Positions 1 to 12,500 of a stretch of 64,000 nt of DNA are shown one piece after another. Below the pieces are notes generated by a model. The model made no database searches and was not told where the DNA came from. It saw only the letters and a list, made by a program, of their open reading frames with translations. The stretch is taken from contig JAZDKK010000039.1 of the NCBI GenBank assembly GCA_043803015.1, positions 2,708 to 66,707 of the forward strand, written 5' to 3'. The position numbers and the translations under genes are program-made. Origin of the DNA: Verrucomicrobiota bacterium (lineage in GTDB: Bacteria; Verrucomicrobiota; Kiritimatiellia; CAIQIC01; JAGNIJ01). Numbering within the stretch: the first letter of the stretch is position 1; every line of letters begins with the position of its first letter.

Positions 1-70
1 CCCTCGCCATGCTTCGCCCCAGCAAGCGATCGGCCGCCTTGGAAACGATCTCTCGGATGTAGTCCTTCAT
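1..70 (-). CDS. 5' end of a gene that runs off the window. Its position directly after an AbiEi-like antitoxin suggests an AbiEii-type nucleotidyltransferase toxin.
   Basis: ATG at 70..68, six nt after the stop of the 77..700 ORF. It reads MKDYIREIVSKAADRLLGRSMAR and then leaves the window. The function is inferred from gene order only. Confidence 0.3.
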   Translation of the reverse strand, partial: MKDYIREIVSKAADRLLGRSMAR

Positions 71-76
71 AATCCC

Positions 77-700
77 TCAACCCGCCTCCGCGATCACCCG
101 GGCGAGTCGCTTCGCCGCCCTCGCCACCTTCCTGCTCTCCATGCGCTCGGCGACCTGCGCCAGCCGATTCATGTCCAGCGCACCGGCGTTCTGAATGCGC
201 AGTTCCGCCAAGTAGGCCCGATCATCGGACTCCGGCGTCAGGTAGAGAAGATCGAGCAACGCCTTCTCGGGTGTGGCAACGAACGCCGATTGGCCATCCC
301 CGAGTTTCATCCGTCGGTAGTCGAAAAAGAGCGGCGTTCTGACGTGCCGGAAAGTGAACTCCCCGGCAGGGGTGCTGAATCGACAAGGCCGGCGCGTGGT
401 GATGCTCGTGACGACCGGCACGTACTCCGGAATCAGGCCGTAGTGCTCCAGCGCGGACTGGAGGCTCACGTAGGATGCTTGCCTGATCCGGTTCGCCAGA
501 AGGAATGGATGCGGGATCGTCTTGCGATATCGCGCGCCGAGCATGTACAGCCCGCGACGCAACTGCACGAGCCGGCCGGTCTTCACCCACCGGGAGAGTT
601 GTCGGCCGATGTCAACGGCATCCACGTCACCCGCCTGCAGAATGCTGGACTCGAAGACCGCTTCCGGCCCCAGCATCTCAAGGAGTCCGTCCCATTTCAT
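77..700 (-). CDS. AbiEi-family (type IV toxin-antitoxin / abortive infection) antitoxin-like regulator
   Basis: 207-aa ORF. The N-terminal winged-helix-like segment LSRWVKTGRLVQLRRGLYML is typical of AbiEi antitoxins. It is followed 6 nt later by another ORF start, which matches the abiEi-abiEii layout. Confidence 0.65.
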   Translation of the reverse strand: MKWDGLLEMLGPEAVFESSILQAGDVDAVDIGRQLSRWVKTGRLVQLRRGLYMLGARYRKTIPHPFLLANRIRQASYVSLQSALEHYGLIPEYVPVVTSITTRRPCRFSTPAGEFTFRHVRTPLFFDYRRMKLGDGQSAFVATPEKALLDLLYLTPESDDRAYLAELRIQNAGALDMNRLAQVAERMESRKVARAAKRLARVIAEAG

Positions 701-706
701 GGCGGC

Positions 707-735
707 AATATGCCATTTAGGGCATATTATTGCAA
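707..735 (-). promoter_or_regulatory. Candidate sigma70-type promoter with an overlapping inverted-repeat operator for the AbiEi gene; the transcript may be leaderless
   Basis: On the minus strand: TTGCAA (735..730), a 17-nt spacer, CATATT (712..707), 6 nt, then ATG (700). The perfect inverted repeat AATATGCC-N6-GGCATATT (707..728) overlaps the spacer and -10. This is an AT-rich patch in a GC-rich genome. Confidence 0.35.
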
Positions 736-838
736 CACAATTACCACTCCACCCAGTGCCGCCGGGTCAGCAATGCGGGCCCCCGCTTGCGGCGGCTCCT
801 TGGCGCGGACCACCCGACGGCCTCCGCAAGCGGAGGCC

Positions 839-3298
<2,460 letters not shown>

Positions 3299-3347
3299 TT
3301 ATGCCGAAAGGCAGCGGTTTTTCCAGCGTTTCGAGGAACAAAAGGCC

Positions 3348-3986
3348 TCAGCCCCCGCTATTGCGCCGCTTGATGGTGATCTGCCGGACGCGCTTTTCCT
3401 TCTCCATTTCCTCGAACATCTGGCTGACGTCGATGCGGACCGTGGCGTCCTTGGCCGCATCGCCGGTGATCTCCTCCGAGCGCTCGGACAGAGCCGAAGG
3501 AGCGCCGGGGCCGGCACCGCCCCTGGTCACGCTCCGCACGGGTATGTTGATCCGCGCCTTGCAGGTGGGGCACCCGATCCACTGCCCGGTCATGGTCGCC
3601 GGGGCATCGATGTTCTGCCCGCAGAGCGTGCAGTCGAAATTGATGTACTCCTCCTGCCCAGCCGGCCGCGGGGCCGAAGCCGGCGGCGGTTTCCGTGCCG
3701 GCGGAGGCGGCGGCGTGGCCGCCCGCGAAGCCGGCGCTTTCTCCGCCGCGCCCCGCCCGGCCAGCAGTCCGCCGACCTTCCGCGTGAGCACCTCGATGCC
3801 GTCCTTCAAGGTCGCGGAGTAGACGGTGAAATCGTTCTTCAGTTTCTGCAGGTTCTGGGCCCAGGCCGTGCCGTCGTCCTTGAGCCTCTTCAGATCCTCG
3901 GCCGAGTTCGTCGTGCGGACCAGGGCGATCACGGCCACGACGAGCGCGGCGAGCGCCAGCAGAATCGCGATGATGGTTCCTGCCAC
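3348..3986 (-). CDS. membrane-anchored hypothetical protein with a Pro-rich linker and a zinc-ribbon-like CxxC...CxxC motif
   Basis: GTG start at 3986 preceded by a GAGGGG Shine-Dalgarno. There is an N-terminal TM helix IIAILLALAALVVAVIALV. The motif FDCTLCGQNIDAPATMTGQWIGCPTCKARINIP is present. No family assignment is possible. Confidence 0.55.
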   Translation of the reverse strand: MAGTIIAILLALAALVVAVIALVRTTNSAEDLKRLKDDGTAWAQNLQKLKNDFTVYSATLKDGIEVLTRKVGGLLAGRGAAEKAPASRAATPPPPPARKPPPASAPRPAGQEEYINFDCTLCGQNIDAPATMTGQWIGCPTCKARINIPVRSVTRGGAGPGAPSALSERSEEITGDAAKDATVRIDVSQMFEEMEKEKRVRQITIKRRNSGG

Positions 3987-4057
3987 GACCTACCCCCCCC
4001 TCAGCCCCGCAAGGCTCCGGCACCAATACATACGAAGGACATATCTGGCCCTTCCCG

Positions 4058-4178
4058 CCCTCTCCCTTCAGGGGAGAGGGTTGCCTGCCCGCAGCGCTAC
4101 GCGCAGCGTAGCGGGCGGGGCGTGAGGGTGCGGGCCAACCTACCCCTCACCCTTGCCCTCTCCCCCAAGGGGAGAGGG
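4058..4178. repeat. cluster of REP-like palindromic units (CCCTCTCCC-loop-GGGAGAGGG hairpins plus GTGAGGG/CCCTCAC arms)
   Basis: Hairpins at 4058-4080 and 4156-4178. CGCTACGC-GCA-GCGTAGCG is at about 4094-4112. GTGAGGG (4122-4128) faces CCCTCAC (4144-4150). The same unit recurs at 46652-46742 and 51756-51858. Confidence 0.6.
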
Positions 4179-4214
4179 AATCGCGCAAACGTCGCGCGAC
4201 CTAGTGCGTTCGTA

Positions 4215-4904
4215 TCAGAAGTCGAGGCGGACGCCCGCGCCGAAGAACATATCGTCGATGTACGATGCTTCCCCGTAGACCGACCAGGCATCGTCCAACT
4301 GATAGAGCGCGCCGGCCGTCAGCGCGAACTCCGTATCGCTATCCTTCGAAATGGCCTGGAAGTGAATATCGTCCTCCGGCGGAATGCCGGCACCCGAGCG
4401 CCACTCCGCCTCCCAGTACACCGCGCCGATCCCGCCGTACAGCGAGAGCTCCGGAGCCGCCTCGAGGCAGCCGCTCCCCACCAGCATGAACGACATCCCC
4501 CAGACGCTCAACTCCAGGTCCACGCCATCCTCCGTGACGTCCTTGATGAGCGGCTTGAAAAGCGTGCCGCGAAGGCCCAGGTCCACCGGAAGCGTGTCGA
4601 TAGGCAGGGAATACAGGGCACCGACCTGGAAACTCGGGCTGACCTCGAACGGGTCCTCCAGCTTCACGGCGCCGACGTCGCCGAACACGGACAGGCTCTC
4701 CAGCGCCACGTACGTGTAGCGCGCGCCGTAGAAGGACACATCGGAATCGGCAAACTTGCCCATGACGAGGCCGGCGGTGACGCGCATGGCCCCCGCGTTC
4801 CCCGGACCGGCCGTGTCGGCCACCTGCAAACCGAAGCCCTGGCCCAAGGCGCTCAGGCTGAGCGCGAACAGCAACGCGACAACGACAGAGAACCTCGTGA
4901 ACAT
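4215..4904 (-). CDS. outer-membrane beta-barrel protein (hypothetical)
   Basis: Start at ATG 4904 (MFTRFSVVVALLFALSLSALGQG, a signal peptide). The sequence has alternating beta-strand character and ends in ...GAGVRLDF, with the terminal Phe typical of OMPs. Confidence 0.65.
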   Translation of the reverse strand: MFTRFSVVVALLFALSLSALGQGFGLQVADTAGPGNAGAMRVTAGLVMGKFADSDVSFYGARYTYVALESLSVFGDVGAVKLEDPFEVSPSFQVGALYSLPIDTLPVDLGLRGTLFKPLIKDVTEDGVDLELSVWGMSFMLVGSGCLEAAPELSLYGGIGAVYWEAEWRSGAGIPPEDDIHFQAISKDSDTEFALTAGALYQLDDAWSVYGEASYIDDMFFGAGVRLDF

Positions 4905-5039
4905 GGCGAACCTCCTCGCTTGAATCCGGCGTTCTGCAATTCGCTTGCCTACACCTACCAAGGCGCGCCCACAGCGTCAACTCGCAACTCCCCTGCAACT
5001 CCCCTGCCCGTCCGCGCCCAGACCCCTACCGTCGACCTG

Positions 5040-5815
5040 AAGGAAGTCAATCCCGTCCTCGTCCAGCCACACCTGCCGGGCTTGTCCCGGCGTAGCTCGC
5101 CAGAGCGAAGACGGATCCGGGCGCGGCGGGCCTTCGGGGCGGGGGCGCCCGCCGCGCAAGGGCTGGGTGGCGAACTGGCCGAGCGAAGCGAGGCTCGCCC
5201 GCCGAAGCTTCAGCGAAGGCGGCTCCACGAAGGGCTGGCAACGTGCGAGCAGGCGCGCCTGTCCGCCGTAGCGCGTCAGCGCGAAGGCGGAAGCCGTTGC
5301 CGGCCCGACCACCGGGCTCGGCCCCTTGAGGGGCCGAAGCCCAACGGGGTGGACAAGCGTAGCGCCGAATGGGTGGGCGCGCGCCGGGCGGGCGCAGGAG
5401 GCAGAAGACCGCGTTATGCGACGCAACAGGCTCCGCGTCAGCGGTGGTTGCCTGTTGCGTGTGAGGAGTCTTCGACGAACGAACGCATAACGACGGCTTT
5501 TGGGAACTGCGCGGGGTGGCGGAGGCGTAGACGAAGCCGGTAGCAAGGGACGTGACAAGCGGCGGTCCGACGCTTCGAGGACGGCCGCTTGGCGCGGCCC
5601 TTGCGGGCGCGCGCGTACTGCCGAGCGAACGTAGTGAGCGAGTCCTTCGGGGGCGAAGACCACGGCCCGAACTCTCGTAGAGAGCTCGGGCGGTGGGCGG
5701 AGGGGGTAGGTACGGGCTCAGCCTGGCCGGTAGCACTTCGGGCGCAGCTCGTCCGTCCGCGGCCAGGTGTCGAGTAGAACGCCTGCCCTGCGTAGCTCGT
5801 CAGAGCGAAGCAGGG
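5040..5815. repeat. repeat-dense GC-rich non-coding tract
   Basis: Recurrent units CYTGYCC(G)GCGTAGCKCGYCAGMGCGAAG at about 5081-5110, 5259-5290 and 5782-5812. gagcgaag/cttcgctc-type motifs are also present. A hairpin CGGCCCC-TTGA-GGGGCCG lies at about 5319-5336. Nested inverted repeats CGTTATGCG / CGCATAACG and GCAACAGGC / GCCTGTTGC lie between 5411 and 5492. ORFs in the track here are R/A/P-rich in all frames. Confidence 0.5.
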
Positions 5816-6035
5816 TGAAGTACAGCAGGAACGGCTTGAAGTACTGGCTGTCCGTCAGCACCGTGAACCCGGTCAGGTTGTCCGCCTTGTCGTAATCGTA
5901 CGTCACTGTCGCCTGGTTCGAGTAGTTCGCCCCCGCCAGCCGGTGCTGCTCGTCGTACGTGTACACGATCATCCCCGCCCGCGCCCAGCCCGCCAGCAGC
6001 AACACACTCACCATCGTTAGCGTCAGTCGTTTCAT
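5718..6035 (-). CDS. small secreted protein with one or two YD (RHS-type) repeats; possible orphan RHS fragment
   Basis: ATG 6035 with an AAGGGTG Shine-Dalgarno. The signal peptide is MKRLTLTMVSVLLLAGWARA. YD-repeat-like YTYDEQHRLAGANYSNQATVTYDYDKADNLTG follows. The C-terminal third is encoded by the GC-rich repeat at about 5782-5812, so the true 3' end is uncertain. Confidence 0.45.
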   Translation of the reverse strand: MKRLTLTMVSVLLLAGWARAGMIVYTYDEQHRLAGANYSNQATVTYDYDKADNLTGFTVLTDSQYFKPFLLYFTLLRSDELRRAGVLLDTWPRTDELRPKCYRPG

Positions 6036-6078
6036 TTCAGCACCCTTAGTCACTAATCAAGGCTTGGCCCCCTCCGGC

Positions 6079-6552
6079 CTAGTCACTTGTCAAGGCCTGG
6101 TCCCTCTGTCCACGCAACAGGGATTCAACCAGCTGTTGGTGAGGGAGACTCCTTTGCGGATTGCTAAGAGAGAGTTCGCGGATCCGCCGCGGAGTCCCCC
6201 ATGCGATCGAATACAACACGCCGTCTTTCACACGGCCGCTGTAATCCCCGACGCCGTGTTCAACCGCGTCCTGCAACGAGCCCATCACTTCGTCGAAAGC
6301 CTGCGAGGTCTGCTCCTGCCACTGTGTCGCACTCTCGGTCTTCTTGCGAAGGTCATGGGATCGGCGACACATGCGCGTGCTGCTGGACGCGTGCAACCAT
6401 TCGACAGTGTCAACGACTCCTGCCAGCGGACTGGATCGAACTATGACCACGCATGCATCGAGGGAGGGATCTGCCTCGAATGCAGCGAGAAGTCTTCGTC
6501 TCGCCGGAGAACAAAAGTTGTTCCGGAGGAAGCGGCGTAGGGAATATGTCAT
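6079..6552 (-). CDS. candidate immunity protein for the RHS C-terminal toxin (no recognisable family)
   Basis: 157-aa ORF. Its ATG (6552..6550) overlaps the RHS stop (6551..6549) in an ATGA overlap. It sits in the position typical of cognate immunity genes and looks lower in GC than its surroundings. Confidence 0.5.
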   Translation of the reverse strand: MTYSLRRFLRNNFCSPARRRLLAAFEADPSLDACVVIVRSSPLAGVVDTVEWLHASSSTRMCRRSHDLRKKTESATQWQEQTSQAFDEVMGSLQDAVEHGVGDYSGRVKDGVLYSIAWGTPRRIRELSLSNPQRSLPHQQLVESLLRGQRDQALTSD

Positions 6553-9500
6553 TGGCCGCCTCCACCAATCACATATGAACCGAACCCAAACGCTGTCAGT
6601 CCTCCGCCTGCCTCGATGGCGTAATTCAGCGGTGTGACAACCGTTCCACCTCTGACTGCATAGGCGCCACTGAACGCATGGCTGATGCCTTGTCGGAGAC
6701 TTCCGCTAGCATACGTCTGGGCAATGATCTCTTCAGTTGCGTTGAAGAACGCGCTGTTGTCGTACGCAGCCTGGCCAAGACCTTGGCGGAATGTCGCCAC
6801 AGGACCGCTTCCCCGCGGTGAGAGGAACGCGTGAACAGATTCATGTCGGAGTGCCGCTACTTGCTCTGCCCGTGACAGCCCCGGCTGCAGAAACACCCGG
6901 CCCGCGGGCGTCGTGTACCCAAGCGTGCGTGTTCCGGCCAATGTCGCGTCCGTAGATGGAAGGCGGAGCGGCCTCGTCGCCCTGGAGGCTGGGCCACGAC
7001 CGCCCAGCACCGTTAGCACGGCCGTTTCCATGATGGCGCCATTCACTTGGGCCTGCACGTAGTCTGCCTGCGTCATGGGCACTTTGCCATAACTCATGTC
7101 TGTCCAGTGTTGCTGTTCCGAGGCGTTGACGGGGGCGCGAAGCACGGGACCGTCGTAGTAGCCGCTGTTCCCCGAAGACCCACCCTGCCCCCAAGACGGG
7201 CCGTCATAGTACGAGTCGGCACAGAGGCCGAGGACATCCAGGAAGAACAGCGGATTTGCATTCGCGTAGAGGTAGAGGTTGTTGCCTCCGGCCAACCCGA
7301 TGGGGTCAGAGGAGAGGAACCGTTTGTACTCCGAGGAGTAGTATCGCGCCTTCATGCGGTAGAGGCCCGAGCCCTCGGAATACACCCCATGCCCGCCGAT
7401 GAATGTGTAGACGGTCTGGACAGTGCCGGTATAGCCCCAGGACTCGCCGTTCGGCCCGTAGGCGTATTGCGCGACGAGGTTGGCGTTGGTGTCGGTCAGC
7501 GCCAGGGTGGATCCGAGTTCGTCCGGATGGACGTAGTAGACCGTTCCGTTCGTCTCGATTTGGGCAAGCAACCCGTTGGCGCCCCAAACGTAGTACCGCA
7601 ACGGTGCGCCGTTCGTCGCCACCTCCATCAGGACATTGTGCAGGGCGCTTGCGCGGTCGACGACAAAGTAGCTGGTCGCGCCGTTCGCCACCCGCCTGAT
7701 GCGGTCCCCTGTGCCGTCGTAGGCGAACTGCCGATTGCCAACCGCCGATTGCCAATTCGTCAGGCGGCTGTCGTAGTCCCAGGAGTACTGAACTGCGGAT
7801 GGGGCGAGCGTCAGGTTCCCGTTGGCGTCGCAAGCGTACGCGCTATTTGTGCCAGAACCGGAATCCGGAGCGGCCTTGGCGAAGATGTTCGTCATGCGGT
7901 CAGCGGGATCGTGGGCGCGGGTCTGAACGGTAGGCGTCGAGGGCATGGGCTCAAGCCCTGCCGCGACGTTCTCCAACATCTTGTGGCCCAAGGCATTACG
8001 GGTGATGGTCCGCTCGATCAACGTGGCCGCGCCCTTCGTGTATTCATACCCAACCACACGGCCCGCAGCGTCGGGGGTGTACGTCGCATCCACGCCGCTA
8101 GGATAGTCAATGCCGGTGAGCCGATCAACGTTGTCGTAGGTGTAGACCGTCTCGCGGTTGCCCCAGTCGCGAACCTTCTCGATCCGGTCTGCGGCATCGA
8201 ATACGTATGCCACGTTCAGGCCGCCCGGATACGCGATGTTGGTGCGGTTGCCGGTGAGGTCGTACTGGTAGGAAACCGGGAGCGTAAGACCCGAAACCTG
8301 TGTGGTGGAAGAGAGCAACCGGTTCATGATGTCGTACGCATACGAAACCACGGTGCTCACGGAAGTCACGCAGGTGACGTTGCGGTTGGCATCGTATTGG
8401 TAGCCGACCCTGGAGCTGTCGGGATACAGAAGATTGGTCAGGAGGTTGACCGGGCTGTAGTAGTAGTTCACGGTCTGGTCTTTCGCGTCGATGCGGGACA
8501 GGCAATTGCCTACGGGGTCGTAGGTGTAGCTGGTCACATAACCGAGGGCGTTGGTCTCGGCAACGACGCGGCTCATGCCGTCGTAGCCGAAACTCGTCAT
8601 CTTGCCTTCGCCATTCACGAAGGCCAGGAGATTGCCCAGAGGATCGTACTCGAAGGAATCTACAACGCTGCCGGGCCGCAGAATCGCCGTCCGCCGGCCC
8701 GCGGCGTCGTACTGGTATTCGGTTGCGGCCCCCAGGGCATCAACTACTGCAACGAGTCTGCCAGCGGCGTCGTACTCGTAGTCGGTGTCATTGCCAAGTT
8801 GGTCGGTGGCCTTCACTATGCGATTCAGGGCGTCGTACTGATTGGAGACGACGTTGCCCAAATCGTCTCGCGTGGTCAGCAGGTTCCCGCTCGGATCGTA
8901 GCTGTAGGATGTCTTGCGCCCCAGCGCATCGGTCGTGTTCGTCAGACGGCTGACGGCATCGTAGCGGTTCGTGACAGTACGACCGAGGGGGTCTCTGTCC
9001 GCGACCAACAAGTCGCGGCCGCTGTAGGTATTGCTGACCACCGCCCCGCTGGCGTAGACCGTCGCGGCAAGCTTGTACGCCTTGGTGTAGGTGTTGCTTG
9101 TCAGGTTCCCTTTGCGGTCTCTGACCGTAACCAGGAGCCCGGCTCCGTTGTAGGCATTGCTGATCGAGTATCCCAGGGCATCGGTTTGTTTGAGAAGCAG
9201 ACGCCGCTTGTCGTAGGCGTACGTGCTCATATTGCCGTTGGGGTCGCGTGAGGAAAGCAGGTTGCCAACCGAGTCGCAGGAATTCGAGACGGTCCCCCCA
9301 TCGGTTCGCTGGACCGTGGCGGGGTTCCCGTAGGAGTCGTAGGTGAAGGTTGTCTGGTTTCCCTTTGCGTCGGTGATGACCTGAGGCAGGCCGTCGGCGG
9401 TGTAGGTGGTGCGTGTCGCGTTGCCGAGGGCATCCACAACGTTGGTAAGGTGGTGCTCGCCATCGTATCCACAACCGGTGACGTGCCCCAACGGGTCCTT

Positions 9501-12500
9501 CACAGAAACGACGTGGTACTGGGTGTCATACGTGAACGCCGTCGCGTTGGAAAGAGCGTTGATGAGATTGGTGACGTTGTGCGCCCCGTCGTACTGATAG
9601 ATGGTGGCGTATCCGCGGGCGTCCATGGCGTTCGTGACGTGATTCTGGCCGTCGTAGTATGTGTAGACCCGGTTGCTGTATGCGTCCTGCACACAGGTGC
9701 GCCGCCCGAGCTCGTCGAAACAGTGGATGGTCTGCCCGCCCTCGGGGTCCTGCTCCACATTGCGGACACGCGAGATATAGAACTTCCACTCGTAGCCTGT
9801 CGCCGACACCTGTGAAGTCACGCATCCCAATTCGTCGTACCGGTTGCTGATCGTGACCTGGTTGAGCGGGTCCTTGATCGAGGTGAGCCAGTGGTTGGTG
9901 CCGTAGGTGTAAGTCCACTGGTTTCCTTCGGGATCGGTAAAGCGAGTGAGGTTGGTGTAGGCCCCATAGACGTACGAGACCGAACGCCCAGACGAATCAG
10001 ATACGGACGCTAGGCAACAGTTGGATTTGTAGTTGTAGTCGAACAACAGGCTCCGTCCCCTGCAATCGGTTACCCAGGCCAGGTTGCCGTAGCCGTCGTA
10101 GACGAATTCCATTCGGTTGCTGTCTGCATCCTCCCACCACTTGATCTTGCAGTAGTTCAGGGTCTGAAGAGGACTCTCGTCGGGGCCAAGGTCTGGATCA
10201 CTGAGTGAGTATTGATTGGTTGACGTTGTCAGCACGAGCTTGTCCAGTTTGAAGCCATCTTCCCGCATCCAGACGTTGATTGTGTGGGCACCGGGTTCTT
10301 CGAGTGTGACGACGTTGTCTTGCCCCGACTCCTGGTCCCTCTGCCAATCCCAAGTCCCATCCGACGCGAAATCGACGTACACGAAGTCGACACTTCCATC
10401 TAGTCCTGCGTGACACGAATTCGCGCCGCTGTTCGTCCCGGAGCCCCTGATCCAAAGCCGATGCACCCCCGCCTCGGTACAGAGGATATTGTAGACGAGT
10501 TCCGGAGCCGTCGTCTCGATGCCGGTGTTTATGTTGGCTCCGTTGTTGGGCCCCGCCTCCGAATAGGCTCCTCCGGATGTGTCCGTAGCGGAAGTTAGGA
10601 CATTGCTCCAGTAGTGCTGACTCCTCGGGATCATGCTGTCGTAATGCTCCCCCTCCACGGAAATCAGGTGGTGCCATTGGGCGCCCTGCAATCTGCCCGT
10701 GACGTTGCAGCTCTGGAACTCCATCCGCGTGCCGAACCGTTCCTGCAACTGATAGGTTCCGTTTGTCGGATCCGTGGCCACGAGCTTGGTGGTGACCCCT
10801 GGGGGCGGGTTGTACGAACCGTCCGCGAGCTTGACGTACTCGGTGCTCCGGTTGCCCTGCCGGATCGTGACTGCGTTGTCGGTGAGCTGATCCATCGCCC
10901 ATTTGGTCGCGAGGACCGTTGCCATCCAGCCCTTGATGTTGAGTTCGTTCTTCAGAAGGTCGTTGGCAACGATGGAATGGGCTATGAGAGATGCGGCGTC
11001 CACCGGCTGGCGCGTTCCCATGGCGGGGTCGCCGTGGCTGTGCCGGACGGCTTCGATGTCGTAGTTGTGCGTCCAGCCCCAGCCCAGTGGCCCGCGTCGC
11101 AGGCCGTTACCGCTACTGTAGAGGCGGGTAAAGTCTAATCCTGACGGCTCGCGCGATCCGAGCGAGAGGTCGGTGTGCTCGAAGAGGTAATCGCCCGAGA
11201 ACAGGTCCACGGGCTCGTCGCTCACGTGCAGGTTCTCCGCAGTATCCTGAGAGGAAATGGAGGCCACGATGTTCTGCTGAATGGGATCATAGATGATTTG
11301 GGCGGGCGTCCCGCCGTACCCACCGCTGTAACCGCCGGAGATTATCATGGCGCCCAAGGAACTCGAGTACGCCACGTACCCCAGCCCCGTCCACTCGGCA
11401 AGAGCGATGTTTGCATCCTCCGGCAGGACGACAGTGCACGCCAGATTGGTTACGTACACTGCAATCACAGCCAGCTCGTCAGATGTGTAGTTCTTGAGCT
11501 TATTTGTAACGGCGCTCCAATATGCGCCCGTCACCATGTAGTTTGTCTTCCCGTTGCTGTTGCTCAGCTGGAGGAGTTTCATCGTGGAAGCAGCGGGCTT
11601 GTCCGTGCCCTGCATCTGTTCCAGCATTCCATGCTCAAAGGCGCTCGCCATGCAGACCGAATGCAGGAACCATGCGCTCTGCCCAGACCCATCGCCCGTC
11701 TTCTCACCAATAGCGCTGAAAGCAAGCGGCACATCGATGTAATACCCCTCTTCCTGAGCCATCGCGCCCGCACCGTAGTGGTTGACCCATGCCATGCCAT
11801 GCAGCGCTCCCGCAAGGCGCCGGTACAGGTACTTCTCATGGAACCAAGTGAGAGCCATCACGTTCAGAGCCCCGCCCAGAACCTCCTCTGATGACTGCGA
11901 TCCACCAGCTTCGCGGGCTTTGGTGAGAGCATCGTTCTGCCCGGCGATCATCTCGGGCGAGGTAGATCCGAAGTCTTGAGCGATGACGTACCTGTTTGTG
12001 GCTATGAGCGTCAAATACTTGTACTTGCTGTCCGGTCCATCGGCGGTGGGAATCGACACCGTGAGCTTCACCTGAAAGTAGGTGCCGGTCGTCACTGGAT
12101 TATTTCCCTCTTTGATCAACTGCCCGTCCACCCTCAATTGCGGCCGGTTGTCTGCGCCTGTGTAGAAGATGGAAACCCGCTTACCCGCAATCTCGTAGGC
12201 CTTGAAAGTGTTCGTGAACGAGGAGGGCGGTGGGTGTTCAATAGTGAGCTTAGCGAAGTGAGTATCCGGCAGGGAAGAGCGAGACGTTTGGCTGAGAATC
12301 TGTTGGGCGTAGGGTAGGCTGGTAGGGAGGGTGGTGTATTCCTGCGCCACGATCTTGCGCCCGCTGACGATCTGCTCGATACTGGCGTTCGGATAGGTCG
12401 AACGGAAGCAGGCCACGAGGTTAGTGCTGTATTGGGCGAGGTCTGAGCGCACATTGGCCTCGTTGACGTTTGCCACTTCGTTCGGATTCGCTTGGCTCGC

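Noticed and set aside
4122-5736. Long ORFs (473, 228 and 229 aa) cross the 4.1-5.7 kb region.
   Set aside because: They run through REP hairpins, antisense of the OMP gene, and the GC-rich repeat tract. Their translations are Arg/Ala/Pro-rich in every frame, and no start or Shine-Dalgarno context is visible.
7047-9251. A 734-aa plus-strand ORF lies inside the RHS gene. Many other ORFs of 60-240 aa lie between 6.6 and 19.1 kb on both strands.
   Set aside because: They are antisense or out-of-frame shadows of the two giant minus-strand genes. Their composition is V/R/G/A/D-biased with no recognisable domains.
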